From: Methanobacteriaceae archaeon
GTDB taxonomy: Archaea; Methanobacteriota; Methanobacteria; Methanobacteriales; Methanobacteriaceae
Length of the DNA stretch: 10,693 bases
Assembly: GCA_003558085.1 (NCBI GenBank)
Contig: PWMT01000142.1
Coordinates: 1-10,693, forward strand
Direction: 5' to 3'
Of this stretch, positions 1-8,680 are shown piece after piece (the stretch's first letter is position 1; each line of letters begins with the position of its first letter). The notes beneath the pieces were generated by a model. That model saw nothing but the letters and a program-made list of their open reading frames with translations. It searched no databases and was not told the DNA's origin. The position numbers and the translations under genes are program-made.

Positions 1-252
1 ATCCATGGCTGGTTGGGAATGGTAAGGGATGTATTCCACTTCATAGCCCCTTCTTTCCATTAAATCCTGATAAGCTTTTAGTGAAGCACGATGCAAAACC
101 AATTTTTGTTGATGGAAATTCAGCTGGTAATAAAAATCTCCGAAGAAAAGTTGCTCCTCTATGAGGAAGATCTTTCTACCATCAGCTAGGCCGGGGTGTT
201 CTTGGAAAAGATGATGCGGGAAAATTAAAGTGGCTTCATGGTACTGGCTCAT
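1..252 (-). CDS. Cryptochrome/photolyase family protein (deoxyribodipyrimidine photolyase-related, COG3046/DPRP type), N-terminal 84 aa; continues beyond window start
   Basis: Not in the ORF track. Manual translation from ATG at 252: MSQYHEATLIFPHHLFQEHPGLADGRKIFLIEEQLFFGDFYYQLNFHQQKLVLHRASLKAYQDLMERRGYEVEYIPYHSQPAMD, with no stop. LIFPHxLF, FLxEExLFF and FHxQKLVLHRAS match the N-terminus of this family as I recall it. Confidence 0.85.
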   Translation of the reverse strand, partial: MSQYHEATLIFPHHLFQEHPGLADGRKIFLIEEQLFFGDFYYQLNFHQQKLVLHRASLKAYQDLMERRGYEVEYIPYHSQPAMD

Positions 253-652
253 AATATAATATTTAGGAAGGGGAAGATAAAAAAAGTTATAGTTTAAGCC
301 ACCAGTATCCTCACCGCCTTAAAATATTCACTTATAAAAACCAAGTATCCCCTAAAAATAAATAGGATTAACTAAAAGTTTAACTATAATCTGCTTCCTG
401 TTTAGGTTTACTCTAATTTTTAGACTCAACACAAATTTATAACCATTTTTTTTCTGTGATTGCAGATTAATATAGAAAACCTTAATAGCACTCAAATATT
501 AAGAATGAATTTTTTTGAGGAGAAAACTTGCTGGTTAATAAAAATTTCTCTAGAAACATTAGAAAGTAGTTTTTTTACGTAACTCCCCTATTTGAGAGTT
601 TATTTTTCTTATTCCCAGTATTTCCTTATCTTTTAATATATAATAAAAAACA

Positions 653-668
653 GGGAAAAATTATATAA
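653..668 (+). promoter_or_regulatory. BRE + TATA box for the 708 gene
   Basis: Purine-rich GGGAAAAA directly followed by TTATATAA (661-668). SD AGGAGG at 694-699 lies downstream, before ATG 708. Confidence 0.6.
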
Positions 669-707
669 ATATCAACAAGCTAATAAAGATTATAGGAGGT
701 TTTTTAG

Positions 708-1064
708 ATGGTTAAATGGAGTGCGGTGATAGTGGGATTTATTTTATCCTTGATTTTCCCTTACATTATAGGTGCCTTTACTGCAGAATGGGGATCATTC
801 TTAGGATTATTTTTAGCAGGATTTGTAGTGGGATTGATGGTTAAAGGAGGCGCATTCAATGGTTTCTGGAATGCTTCGGTGGCCGGAGCCTTAGGTGGAC
901 TCATAACCGCCATATTGATCAGTATATTCGGAGCAGTAGTGGCTGGATTAGTAGGCTTTGCTTTAGGAGTTTTAAGCGGATTTATATTATTCGTGGTTAC
1001 TCTAATACAATATATGATATCTATGGGTATTGGAGGGGCAGTGGGAGGCCTTATAGCCAAATAA
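708..1064 (+). CDS. Small Gly-rich multi-pass membrane protein, probably DUF5518 family
   Basis: 118 aa, almost entirely hydrophobic with many GxxxG motifs and about 4 TM segments. Strong SD. The MVKWxAVIVGFIL start resembles methanobacterial DUF5518 proteins (recognised from memory). Confidence 0.7.
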   Translation: MVKWSAVIVGFILSLIFPYIIGAFTAEWGSFLGLFLAGFVVGLMVKGGAFNGFWNASVAGALGGLITAILISIFGAVVAGLVGFALGVLSGFILFVVTLIQYMISMGIGGAVGGLIAK

Positions 1065-1162
1065 CACTAGAGAATAGTATTTTTCTTCCTTAAAGTTTCT
1101 TTGTGTAGGCTAATCGTATCATTCCCTAGATGTTGTTTTTCTCCTAGATTATGGTGATGTAG

Positions 1163-1678
1163 ATGATTATTGGTGTTATCTCTGATACTCACATACCCGA
1201 GAGAGCCCCCCATATACCTGATATGGTTTTAAACACCTTTAAAAATGCCGATATGATATTACATGCCGGTGATCTAACTACTCTTGAAGTTAAAGAAGAA
1301 TTAGAAAGTTTAGCTCCTACTTATTGTGTGCAAGGAAATATGGATAGGTTAAGTGGTTTAAATTTACCTAAAAGTAAAGTCTGTGAATTAGAAGGTATCA
1401 AAATTGGTCTAAATCATGGTGAAGTGTATCCTCGGGGAGATACCTTACAGTTAAAATATATTGCCCAGGAATTAGAAGTGGATGTATTGATTTCCGGTCA
1501 TACCCATTGGGCATTTATAAAAGAAGTAGATGGTATTCTTATGTTAAATCCGGGTAGCGCCACAATTCCCCGGCTATCAGAACCATCAATCATGTTATTA
1601 GAAATTGAAAAGGGTCAAGTTGATGCTCAAATCATCAAAGTAGGGGATCCTTGCAAGGCCGTGAATTTTAAACCCTAA
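1163..1678 (+). CDS. Metallophosphoesterase, YfcE/MJ0936 (Vps29-like) family
   Basis: Calcineurin-like motifs SDTH, HAGD, GNMD, NHG, GHTH and NPGS. SD GGTGAT at 1153-1158. Confidence 0.93.
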   Translation: MIIGVISDTHIPERAPHIPDMVLNTFKNADMILHAGDLTTLEVKEELESLAPTYCVQGNMDRLSGLNLPKSKVCELEGIKIGLNHGEVYPRGDTLQLKYIAQELEVDVLISGHTHWAFIKEVDGILMLNPGSATIPRLSEPSIMLLEIEKGQVDAQIIKVGDPCKAVNFKP

Positions 1679-1710
1679 CCAGTTAAAAAAGTAAATAAAG
1701 GTAATTAATT

Positions 1711-2325
1711 ATGGGAAAAAGGTGGCAGATAGAAAAGAAAAAGGAACATTACTATAGAAGTGCTAAAAAAGAGAATTACCGATCTCGAGCATCCTACAAA
1801 CTGCAACAGATCAATAATAAATATAAAATTATTAAAGCAGGTGATGTGGTTTTAGATCTGGGTGCTGCACCCGGAGGTTGGACCCAAGTAGCTTTACAGC
1901 AAGTGGGAAAAGAGGGAAAAGTAATTGCTGTTGATTTAAAACGTATTAAACCATTTAAAGAATCTAATTTTTATTTTATACAAGGAGATTTCACTCAAAA
2001 AGAAATCCAAGACACCATTATACAAAAAATAGATGGAAAGGTTGAAGTTATAATCTGCGATGCTTCACCTTCTCTCTATGGTATTAAGGATATTGACCAG
2101 CAGCGAACCATGAATTTAGGTGAAAATGTACTTAAAATAGCCAATTATTTACTCAAAGATAAGGGTAATCTTTTAATGAAGTCTTTTCAAGGATCTGGAT
2201 ATGAAGATCTACTTAAAAAAATAAAAAAAAGATTTAAAGTAGTAAAAACTACCAAGCCACCATCGTCCCGTAAATCCAGTTCGGAAATGTATCTTATAGC
2301 ACTGGGATTTAAAGCTAACTCTTAA
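1711..2325 (+). CDS. rlmE: 23S rRNA (uridine-2552-2'-O)-methyltransferase RlmE/RrmJ (FtsJ)
   Basis: YRSRASYKL, SAM-binding VLDLGAAPGGW, and the K-D-K-E tetrad (YKL, ICDASP, LMKSFQG, SSEMY). No C-terminal TRAM domain. Confidence 0.95.
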   Translation: MGKRWQIEKKKEHYYRSAKKENYRSRASYKLQQINNKYKIIKAGDVVLDLGAAPGGWTQVALQQVGKEGKVIAVDLKRIKPFKESNFYFIQGDFTQKEIQDTIIQKIDGKVEVIICDASPSLYGIKDIDQQRTMNLGENVLKIANYLLKDKGNLLMKSFQGSGYEDLLKKIKKRFKVVKTTKPPSSRKSSSEMYLIALGFKANS

Positions 2326-2386
2326 ATTTCTATCAGATGAAAAGTTTTAGAAAAAATTGATTAAATCCGATAAAAGAAAAAAGGAG

Positions 2387-2438
2387 TTTATAAAAATTTG
2401 GGGGGGTGTTAAAACCTGACCCCTCCAATGTTTATAAA
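2387..2438. terminator. GC-cored inverted repeat between convergent genes; probable terminator
   Basis: TTGGGGGGGT (2398-2407) pairs with ACCCCTCCAA (2419-2428), flanked by TTTATAAA arms (2387-2394 and 2431-2438). On the minus strand it is followed by CTCCTTTTTTCTTTT. Confidence 0.5.
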
Positions 2439-2454
2439 AAAAATATTCAGTTAA

Positions 2455-2889
2455 TTATAATTTGGCCTTTATACTATCTAAAGCTTGTCGTGCAGTGCTA
2501 ATCTGCCCATAAGCTGTATCTATCCTTTCTTGTACTTCAGAAGCTGGTAAATTGGCAGATAAAGCACTTTCTACATCTGTCAATGCAGATCTGGCCTTAA
2601 CTAATTCTAATTCAGCATCAAGGTATTCTCTCTGTAGTTCTCTGTTTCCAGTGCGAAAAACATCTGTCTTCACCGTCTCATACTCTACATTTAGAGTGGA
2701 GAGCTCATTATTTAAAATCACTAACTCATCATAAGCAGAACCACTATCTACCGTGGATGAAATAGTGGAAGATAGAGCGTCTATTCCAATATAGGCGAAT
2801 ATGAGGAGAGTGGCAATGATCATCAGCACTCCCATTAAAGATATGCTCATGGAAGTAACCTTAAATAATCTTAATCTTGATTTTTTCAT
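2455..2889 (-). CDS. Hypothetical single-pass membrane protein with helical/coiled-coil C-terminal domain
   Basis: 144 aa. Basic N-terminus KKSRLRLFK, one hydrophobic span (about residues 16-36), then amphipathic heptad-like helices. SD AAGGTGAT upstream (about 2896-2903, minus strand). Confidence 0.8.
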   Translation of the reverse strand: MKKSRLRLFKVTSMSISLMGVLMIIATLLIFAYIGIDALSSTISSTVDSGSAYDELVILNNELSTLNVEYETVKTDVFRTGNRELQREYLDAELELVKARSALTDVESALSANLPASEVQERIDTAYGQISTARQALDSIKAKL

Positions 2890-2949
2890 ATAGAAATCAC
2901 CTTATTTTCTAGTATAGATTTCTAGCATCTCATATTTATAGACAGCCCT

Positions 2950-3002
2950 TTAATTATAAAACTGTTATTTATTTTTTTTCCTAGTAAATATTTTATAATT
3001 AA
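2950..3002. promoter_or_regulatory. Back-to-back divergent promoters with identical TTTTATAATTAA TATA elements
   Basis: 2950-2961 (TTAATTATAAAA) is the exact reverse complement of 2991-3002 (TTTTATAATTAA). Each faces one of the divergent genes. Confidence 0.6.
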
Positions 3003-3020
3003 TGATTATAATATTGCATA

Positions 3021-5021
3021 ATGAAATCTGCAAATAATAAAACCAAAACTTCACTGGCTAAATTTGAAGAGTTTTTCTCTACCCAGTATAAAGATAATGT
3101 ATTCGCTGCTTTAGAAAAATATCCTGATCAACGTTCAGTAATTATAGATTATTTGGATCTGGAAATGTTTGATTCTGATTTAGCTGATCTTCTCATTGAA
3201 AAACCAGAAGAAGTTATTAAAGCCTCTAAAATAGCAATCAAAAATATTGATCCTTTAAGAAAAAATGCTGATTTGAATATTCGTTTAGAAAATGTAACCA
3301 ATAATATACCCTTACGATTTTTACGTAGTAAATTTATTGGTAAGTTTGTATCTGTAGATGGCATCGTGCGCAAAACTGATGAGATTAGGCCCCGAATTAT
3401 CACCGCCATGTTTGAATGTAGGGGTTGCATGAGGTTACAGGAAGTTTCCCAGACCAGTAATAATATCATCGAACCTTCCCTTTGTGCTGATTGTGGAGGC
3501 CGATCTTTTAGACTTTTACAAGAAAATTCTGAATTTTTAGATACACAAACCGTTAAAGTGCAGGAACCACTGGAAAATCTTTCCGGAGGAGAGCAACCAC
3601 GTCAAATACTGGTAGTGCTGGAAGATGACTTGGTGGATAGTTTAACACCTGGAGATATAGTTAGAATTACAGGCACCCTGCGGACGGTGAGAGATGAAAA
3701 GACCCGTCGATTTAAAAATTATATTTACGGTAACTTTACTGAACACTTAGAACAGGAATTTGAAGAATTATTAGTATCCCCTGAGGATGAAGAAGAGATA
3801 AAAGAATTGGCTAAAGATCCACACATCTATGAAAAAATTATTAAATCAACTGCTCCATCTATTCATGGCTATCGAGATGTTAAAGAAGCTATAGCTCTGC
3901 AATTATTTGGTGGATCAGGAAAGGATCTGGAAGATAAAACTCGATTACGGGGAGATGTGCATATTCTCATTGTAGGTGATCCTGGTATTGGTAAATCTCA
4001 GATGCTGAAATATGTTTCTAAATTAGCACCCCGAGGTATTTATACCAGTGGTAAAGGTACTAGTGGAGTAGGTTTAACTGCAGCTGCAGTAAGGGATGAA
4101 TTAGGAGGCTGGTCCTTAGAAGCAGGTGCTCTGGTATTAGGAGATCGCGGTAATGTTTGTGTGGATGAACTAGATAAAATGCGTGAGGAAGATAGATCAG
4201 CCATACACGAAGCCTTAGAACAGCAAACTATTTCTATAGCTAAAGCAGGTATTATGGCCACCCTTAACTCCCGATGTTCAGTTTTAGCAGCAGCCAACCC
4301 TAAATTTGGGCGTTTTGACAGTTATAAATCAATCGCAGAACAAATAGCTCTCCCATCCACTATTTTATCTCGTTTTGATCTTATATTTGTCATTGAAGAT
4401 AAACCAGAATTAGAAAAAGATCGTGAATTAGCCCGACACATTTTAACTATCCATAAAGAAGATTCTATGCCTTATGAAATTGATCCAGTACTCTTAAGAA
4501 AATACATCGCATTTGCCCGTCGACAAATACATCCCATATTGACAAAAGAAGCCATGCAGGTATTGGAAGAATTCTATATTTCCATGAGGAACAGTGCTAA
4601 TGATGAAGACTCACCAGTCCCCATAACTGCACGTCAATTAGAAGCTATTATACGGCTTTCAGAAGCCAGTGCCAAGATTAAACTTAAAAATGAAGTAGAA
4701 GCTGAAGATGCTAAAAAGGCTATTAAATTACAGCAAGCTTGTCTAAAACAAGTAGGCTATGATCCTGAAACTGGTAAAATAGATATTGATAAAGTAGAGG
4801 GACGCCCACCTAAATCAGAAAGAGATAAATTCCGAATAATATTGGAAGTGATTAAGGAACTAGGGGAAGAATATGGTGGTCGAGCACCTACCAATATTCT
4901 TATATCAGAGATGGCAGATAGATATAATGTAAGTGAAGAAAAGGTAGAAGAACTCCTCAGAGTACTTAAACATAAAGGAGTAATATTTGAACCTAACCGA
5001 GGATATCTAAAAATAGTATGA
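3021..5021 (+). CDS. mcm: Replicative DNA helicase MCM (no intein)
   Basis: 666 aa. C4 zinc finger (CRGC...CADC), Walker [16 protein letters not shown], Walker [10 protein letters not shown], arginine finger SRFD, ITARQLE sensor-2, and a C-terminal winged-helix-like region. Confidence 0.99.
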   Translation: MKSANNKTKTSLAKFEEFFSTQYKDNVFAALEKYPDQRSVIIDYLDLEMFDSDLADLLIEKPEEVIKASKIAIKNIDPLRKNADLNIRLENVTNNIPLRFLRSKFIGKFVSVDGIVRKTDEIRPRIITAMFECRGCMRLQEVSQTSNNIIEPSLCADCGGRSFRLLQENSEFLDTQTVKVQEPLENLSGGEQPRQILVVLEDDLVDSLTPGDIVRITGTLRTVRDEKTRRFKNYIYGNFTEHLEQEFEELLVSPEDEEEIKELAKDPHIYEKIIKSTAPSIHGYRDVKEAIALQLFGGSGKDLEDKTRLRGDVHILIVGDPGIGKSQMLKYVSKLAPRGIYTSGKGTSGVGLTAAAVRDELGGWSLEAGALVLGDRGNVCVDELDKMREEDRSAIHEALEQQTISIAKAGIMATLNSRCSVLAAANPKFGRFDSYKSIAEQIALPSTILSRFDLIFVIEDKPELEKDRELARHILTIHKEDSMPYEIDPVLLRKYIAFARRQIHPILTKEAMQVLEEFYISMRNSANDEDSPVPITARQLEAIIRLSEASAKIKLKNEVEAEDAKKAIKLQQACLKQVGYDPETGKIDIDKVEGRPPKSERDKFRIILEVIKELGEEYGGRAPTNILISEMADRYNVSEEKVEELLRVLKHKGVIFEPNRGYLKIV

Positions 5022-5025
5022 AGCC

Positions 5026-5031
5026 TTTTTT
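5026..5031 (+). terminator. T-tract after mcm (archaeal-type terminator)
   Basis: T6 just after the stop codon. Confidence 0.35.
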
Positions 5032-5135
5032 AATTAACTATGCCTATAAAAAGATTTAATCAATAATTAAATTATATCAAGCTATAATTTTTACTAAGAT
5101 TATGGGCACATATTTTATTTATATGGAGGAATATC

Positions 5136-5543
5136 ATGTCAGATTATGAAAACTTATTAGACCGGGCTATAGAACAATTACCCCCGGAAATTTTTGAAAC
5201 CAAACGTTTTAGCGTACCCAAAGCCTATTCGGTGATACAGGGAAATCGAACCTTTATCCAAAATTTTAGGGAAATTTCAGATGCCCTCAACCGAGATCCC
5301 CAGCATCTCTTAAAATACTTACTAAGAGAATTAGGTACCGCTGGAAACTTAGAAGGTGGAAGGGCTATCATGCAAGGTAAATTCACCCATTACCTAATTA
5401 ATGAAAGAATCAATGACTATGTGGATAAATTCGTTATCTGCCAAGAGTGCAGCCGACCAGATACTCGAATCATAAGAGAAGATCGTATTTTCATTCTAAA
5501 ATGTGAGGCCTGTGGTGCTAAAGCACCCCTTAAAACTCTTTAA
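5136..5543 (+). CDS. eif2b: Translation initiation factor aIF-2 beta subunit
   Basis: 135 aa. [37 protein letters not shown], and zinc ribbon CQECSRPDT...CEACGA. SD GGAGG at 5125-5129. Confidence 0.97.
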   Translation: MSDYENLLDRAIEQLPPEIFETKRFSVPKAYSVIQGNRTFIQNFREISDALNRDPQHLLKYLLRELGTAGNLEGGRAIMQGKFTHYLINERINDYVDKFVICQECSRPDTRIIREDRIFILKCEACGAKAPLKTL

Positions 5544-5546
5544 ACA

Positions 5547-5553
5547 TTTTTTT
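5547..5553 (+). terminator. T-tract after aIF-2beta
   Basis: T7 three nt after the stop codon. Confidence 0.4.
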
Positions 5554-5626
5554 GAAACTTTAAAATTAATTAAATGGTTCATTTATTTTTTTATCAAATT
5601 TTAAACAATAGATTAAGGTATTTTAA

Positions 5627-6691
5627 ATGTTTTGTCATCAGTGTGGTAGTACTGCTTCACAACAGTGGGAAGGCTTATGTAAAAATTGTTTTTTAAAACA
5701 ATACCCGCTATTAAGTCTGGAAGCGGATCTCCAAGTCAACATCTGCAGCAACTGTCATGCCCAGTTCCAAGAAGGTAAATGGATAGGAGAGGGTTTACCT
5801 GAGGAAGAAATAATTTATCAGACCCTGGAAAAAAATATTAAAGTCTCATCTTTAGTGGAAGATCCAGAAATAGATTTAGAAATCTTACAGATGAGAGGTT
5901 CTATCGCTGAATGTATGATTATAGCTAGAGGAAAAGTTTTAGGTGAGGAACTCACCCAAGAATATGAAACCAGTCTACGTTTAGATAAAACTGTATGTCC
6001 AGATTGCAGTAAATTCGCTGCCGGTTATTATGAGTCAGTTATCCAGTTAAGAGCAGATTCCCGATCACTTTATCCTGAGGAGATAGGGCAGGCTGATGAG
6101 ATCATAAAAGAAAATCTGAATCGTTTACAAGAAAAAAATCGAATGGCTTACTTATCTCAAAGAATCAAAATCAAAGAAGGAATTGATTATTATATAGGAT
6201 CTCAAAAAGTAGCCCGTAAACTGGTGCATAAAATAAGAGAAATTCTAGGTGGTTTTAGCCAGGAATCGCCCCGCCTTATGGGTCAGGATAAATCAAGTGG
6301 AAAAGATCTCTATCGTACTTGGATATCTCTTCGTCTACCGGAATTCAGTATTGATGATTTCATAAGTTTTAAAGATCGTTTTGCTCAGGTGAAATCTTTA
6401 GACTCTCGAAAAATAGTAGTTAAGGATGTATCTTCCCTGGAAAAATTTAGCATTCCCTGGAAGGATTATCCTGCCATAGAAAAATTAGCCAGTTTTAAGG
6501 ATATTCAAAAAACAACCTTAACTGCTAAAACACCAAAGCTAATCCAACTTTTACATCCCACCACCTATGAAACCATAGAAGTCCAATCAAAACCTGATTT
6601 TGAAGAATTAGACATAGGGGATCAGGTAAAAGTAATTGACTTAAAAGGAAAAATCTATATAATTGTAGAAAAGAATAGGAAAAGGTCTTAA
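5627..6691 (+). CDS. nmd3: NMD3 family ribosome large-subunit binding/maturation protein
   Basis: Four CxxC pairs (CHQC, CKNC, CSNC, CPDC), GYYESVIQLRA, GIDYYIGS and KDLYRTWISLRLP, plus a C-terminal beta-rich extension. Confidence 0.93.
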   Translation: MFCHQCGSTASQQWEGLCKNCFLKQYPLLSLEADLQVNICSNCHAQFQEGKWIGEGLPEEEIIYQTLEKNIKVSSLVEDPEIDLEILQMRGSIAECMIIARGKVLGEELTQEYETSLRLDKTVCPDCSKFAAGYYESVIQLRADSRSLYPEEIGQADEIIKENLNRLQEKNRMAYLSQRIKIKEGIDYYIGSQKVARKLVHKIREILGGFSQESPRLMGQDKSSGKDLYRTWISLRLPEFSIDDFISFKDRFAQVKSLDSRKIVVKDVSSLEKFSIPWKDYPAIEKLASFKDIQKTTLTAKTPKLIQLLHPTTYETIEVQSKPDFEELDIGDQVKVIDLKGKIYIIVEKNRKRS

Positions 6692-6770
6692 GTTAGTCTT
6701 TAAATGTAAAAAATTATAAGGCTCTTTTCTAGTTAATTATCACAAAAAGAATAAATAATATGGTGAGCAC

Positions 6771-7748
6771 ATGGACCTGGAAGCCAAAATGGAGCTAATA
6801 AGTAAGGGAACTATGGAGATTATAAGTCCAGAGGAATTGGAAAAGAAATTAAATAAAGCAAACCCAGTGGCTTATATCGGTTATGAACCCTCAGGAAAAA
6901 TCCACTTGGGACATGCCATTACCATTCTAAAAATGATTGATCTGCAAAAGGCCGGATTTCAAATAAAAATACTTTTAGCAGATTATCATGCCTTTTTAAA
7001 CGCGAAAGGTAGTTTAGAAAATATTAAAAAAATTTCTGAATATAATAAACATTGTTTTTTATCTTTAGGGCTTTCTAATGATGCTCAATTCATTTTAGGA
7101 TCTGATTTTCAAACTAAAGAAGAGTATACTACCCAGGTCTATCAATTAGCCACTTTAACTACCCTAGTAAGGGCTAAAAGAAGTATGGCCCAGATTACAA
7201 GAGAATCTGAACATCATAAGGTGGCAGAAGTTATTTATCCCTTGATGCAAGTGGTGGATATGATAAGTTTAAAGGTAGATTTATCTCTGGGAGGTTTGGA
7301 GCAGAGAAAAATACATATGCTGGCCCGGGAAAATTTACCCCGCATAAATGAGGAAGCACCAGTATGCATACACACACCCTTACTACATGGTATAGATGGT
7401 GGTGAAAAAATGTCTACCAGTAAAGGCAATTTCATTGCTATCGATGACATCCCCCTAGAGATTAAAGAAAAGATAAAGAAAAGTTACTGTCCTGCAGGAA
7501 TAATTGAAGGAAATCCGATAATGGAAATAGCACACCACTTCTTATTTAGGGAAAATGAGAAAATCCTTATTAAAAGACCAGAAAAGTTTGGAGGGGATTT
7601 AGAACTATCCTACCTAGAATTAAGAAAATTATACCAAAATAAAGAATTACATCCTCTGGATCTTAAAAATACGGTTACCGAATATCTAATAGAATTTTTA
7701 GAACCAGTAAGAGCATATATGGAAAAAAATTATCCTCAAGGAATGTAA
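6771..7748 (+). CDS. tyrS: Tyrosine--tRNA ligase (archaeal type)
   Basis: [15 protein letters not shown] (HIGH), [22 protein letters not shown] (KMSKS-like), LHPLDLK. SD GGTGAG at 6762-6767. Confidence 0.98.
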   Translation: MDLEAKMELISKGTMEIISPEELEKKLNKANPVAYIGYEPSGKIHLGHAITILKMIDLQKAGFQIKILLADYHAFLNAKGSLENIKKISEYNKHCFLSLGLSNDAQFILGSDFQTKEEYTTQVYQLATLTTLVRAKRSMAQITRESEHHKVAEVIYPLMQVVDMISLKVDLSLGGLEQRKIHMLARENLPRINEEAPVCIHTPLLHGIDGGEKMSTSKGNFIAIDDIPLEIKEKIKKSYCPAGIIEGNPIMEIAHHFLFRENEKILIKRPEKFGGDLELSYLELRKLYQNKELHPLDLKNTVTEYLIEFLEPVRAYMEKNYPQGM

Positions 7749-7752
7749 TCTA

Positions 7753-7762
7753 TTTTTTTTTT
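7753..7762 (+). terminator. T10 tract after tyrS
   Basis: Ten consecutive T a few nt after the stop codon. Confidence 0.45.
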
Positions 7763-7806
7763 AATGGAGAGAAGATATAATCTAGAAAGAATATTAAGGT
7801 GATAGC

Positions 7807-8004
7807 ATGTTGCATGAAATGAGAATTCCGCCAGGAGTAACTGGTAATATCATGGCTGAAGTTATGGATAAATATGAGGTGGAAGTGGTTCAAACCGATT
7901 ATGGTCCCTACTTTCAAGGAGAATATGAAGAATTAGAGAAGGTGCGAGATTTTCTAGTGAAAGCTCTCAATGAAAGAATAAAGGAACTGGAAAATAAAAG
8001 ATGA
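7807..8004 (+). CDS. Small hypothetical protein (65 aa)
   Basis: Strong SD AAGGTGAT (7796-7803). Protein-like composition with an amphipathic C-terminal helix. Fills the gap between tyrS and tmk. Confidence 0.8.
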   Translation: MLHEMRIPPGVTGNIMAEVMDKYEVEVVQTDYGPYFQGEYEELEKVRDFLVKALNERIKELENKR

Positions 8005-8052
8005 TTTATTTCCAAGAGAATAATTACTAACTAAGTAAGATTTATGGTTAAG

Positions 8053-8640
8053 CTACCGTATACTAGTATCACAGATACCTAAATGAGGAGCTATAACTTT
8101 TTTTATGTGCTTATGAACCAGATTTACTCCACTATTAGCATTTATTACCATGAAATCTTCTTCATCAGCTAAGCTAAGATATTTTTTCTGTACTTTCTTT
8201 AGAAAAGATTTTTTTTCAAACTGATCCTGGCCCTGGCATCGGGAAACTGCCCTATCCACATCTATATCCAATAGTAAAACCAGGTCTGGTTTACGAACAA
8301 AACGATTAATCTCCTTTATCCAGGAAGAAGGACTTTGATAGGCAATGCTGGAATAAAAACATCTATCAGAAATAATGATTTTATCTTCAGTTTCTTCTTG
8401 ACCTATTTTTTCCATTAAAAGCATGCGATCGGCAGCAAAAAGAAGTCCCAGAACTTTTTGATAATCACTACTAGTAGATCGAGGATCTTTAAGCATTTTC
8501 CTGATTAAAACTCCCACTGCAGAGGAGCTGGGTTCAACAACTTTTTCCACACTGTAGCCTAAACCTTGCAACCATTTCTGCAGAAGTTGTATCTGGGTAG
8601 ATTTACCAGCACCATCTATACCTTCCATACAAATATACAT
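8053..8640 (-). CDS. tmk: Thymidylate (dTMP) kinase; start corrected to 8640 (195 aa)
   Basis: MYICMEGIDGAGKSTQ P-loop, VEPS, LLFAADR, ISDRCFYSSIAYQ, KPDLVLLLD. The 20 extra codons in the ORF track (from 8700) precede the conserved start and contain a TATA-like box. Confidence 0.95.
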   Translation of the reverse strand: MYICMEGIDGAGKSTQIQLLQKWLQGLGYSVEKVVEPSSSAVGVLIRKMLKDPRSTSSDYQKVLGLLFAADRMLLMEKIGQEETEDKIIISDRCFYSSIAYQSPSSWIKEINRFVRKPDLVLLLDIDVDRAVSRCQGQDQFEKKSFLKKVQKKYLSLADEEDFMVINANSGVNLVHKHIKKVIAPHLGICDTSIR

Positions 8641-8664
8641 AAATTTTCTATTTAACTTCCCTCT

Positions 8665-8680
8665 ATTATAAACTTTTAAG
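8665..8680 (-). promoter_or_regulatory. BRE/TATA for tmk
   Basis: Minus strand CTTAAAAG-TTTATAAT, with the TATA at 8672-8665, 25-32 nt upstream of ATG 8640. Confidence 0.6.

Noticed and set aside
505..582. 25-codon ORF MNFFEEKTCWLIKISLETLESSFFT
   Set aside because: No SD, very short, no recognisable motif; expected by chance.
761..1060. 99-aa minus-strand ORF
   Set aside because: Antisense shadow of the Gly-rich membrane gene; its Pro/Thr/Asn bias mirrors Gly/Val/Ile codons.
1445..1457. TTACAGTTAAAAT resembling a methanobacterial mini-ORB; possible origin near mcm
   Set aside because: Single mismatched copy inside a CDS, with no cluster of ORBs and no cdc6 in the window.
2334..2419. Possible C/D box sRNA (CAGATGA ... 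CTGA)
   Set aside because: Poor box C, spacing too long, and no convincing C'/D' pair or guide.
2552..2734. 60-aa plus-strand ORF
   Set aside because: Antisense to the 144-aa gene, which has a good SD and a coherent topology.
3149..4297. Minus-strand ORFs 3149-3469 and 4040-4297
   Set aside because: Antisense shadows within mcm.
3021..5021. Intein in MCM
   Set aside because: Length is 666 aa with contiguous Walker A/B motifs; there is no insertion.
7235..7450. 71-aa minus-strand ORF; also the KMSTS variant in TyrS
   Set aside because: The ORF is an antisense shadow of tyrS. KMSTS is a conservative variant of the KMSSS/KMSKS motif.
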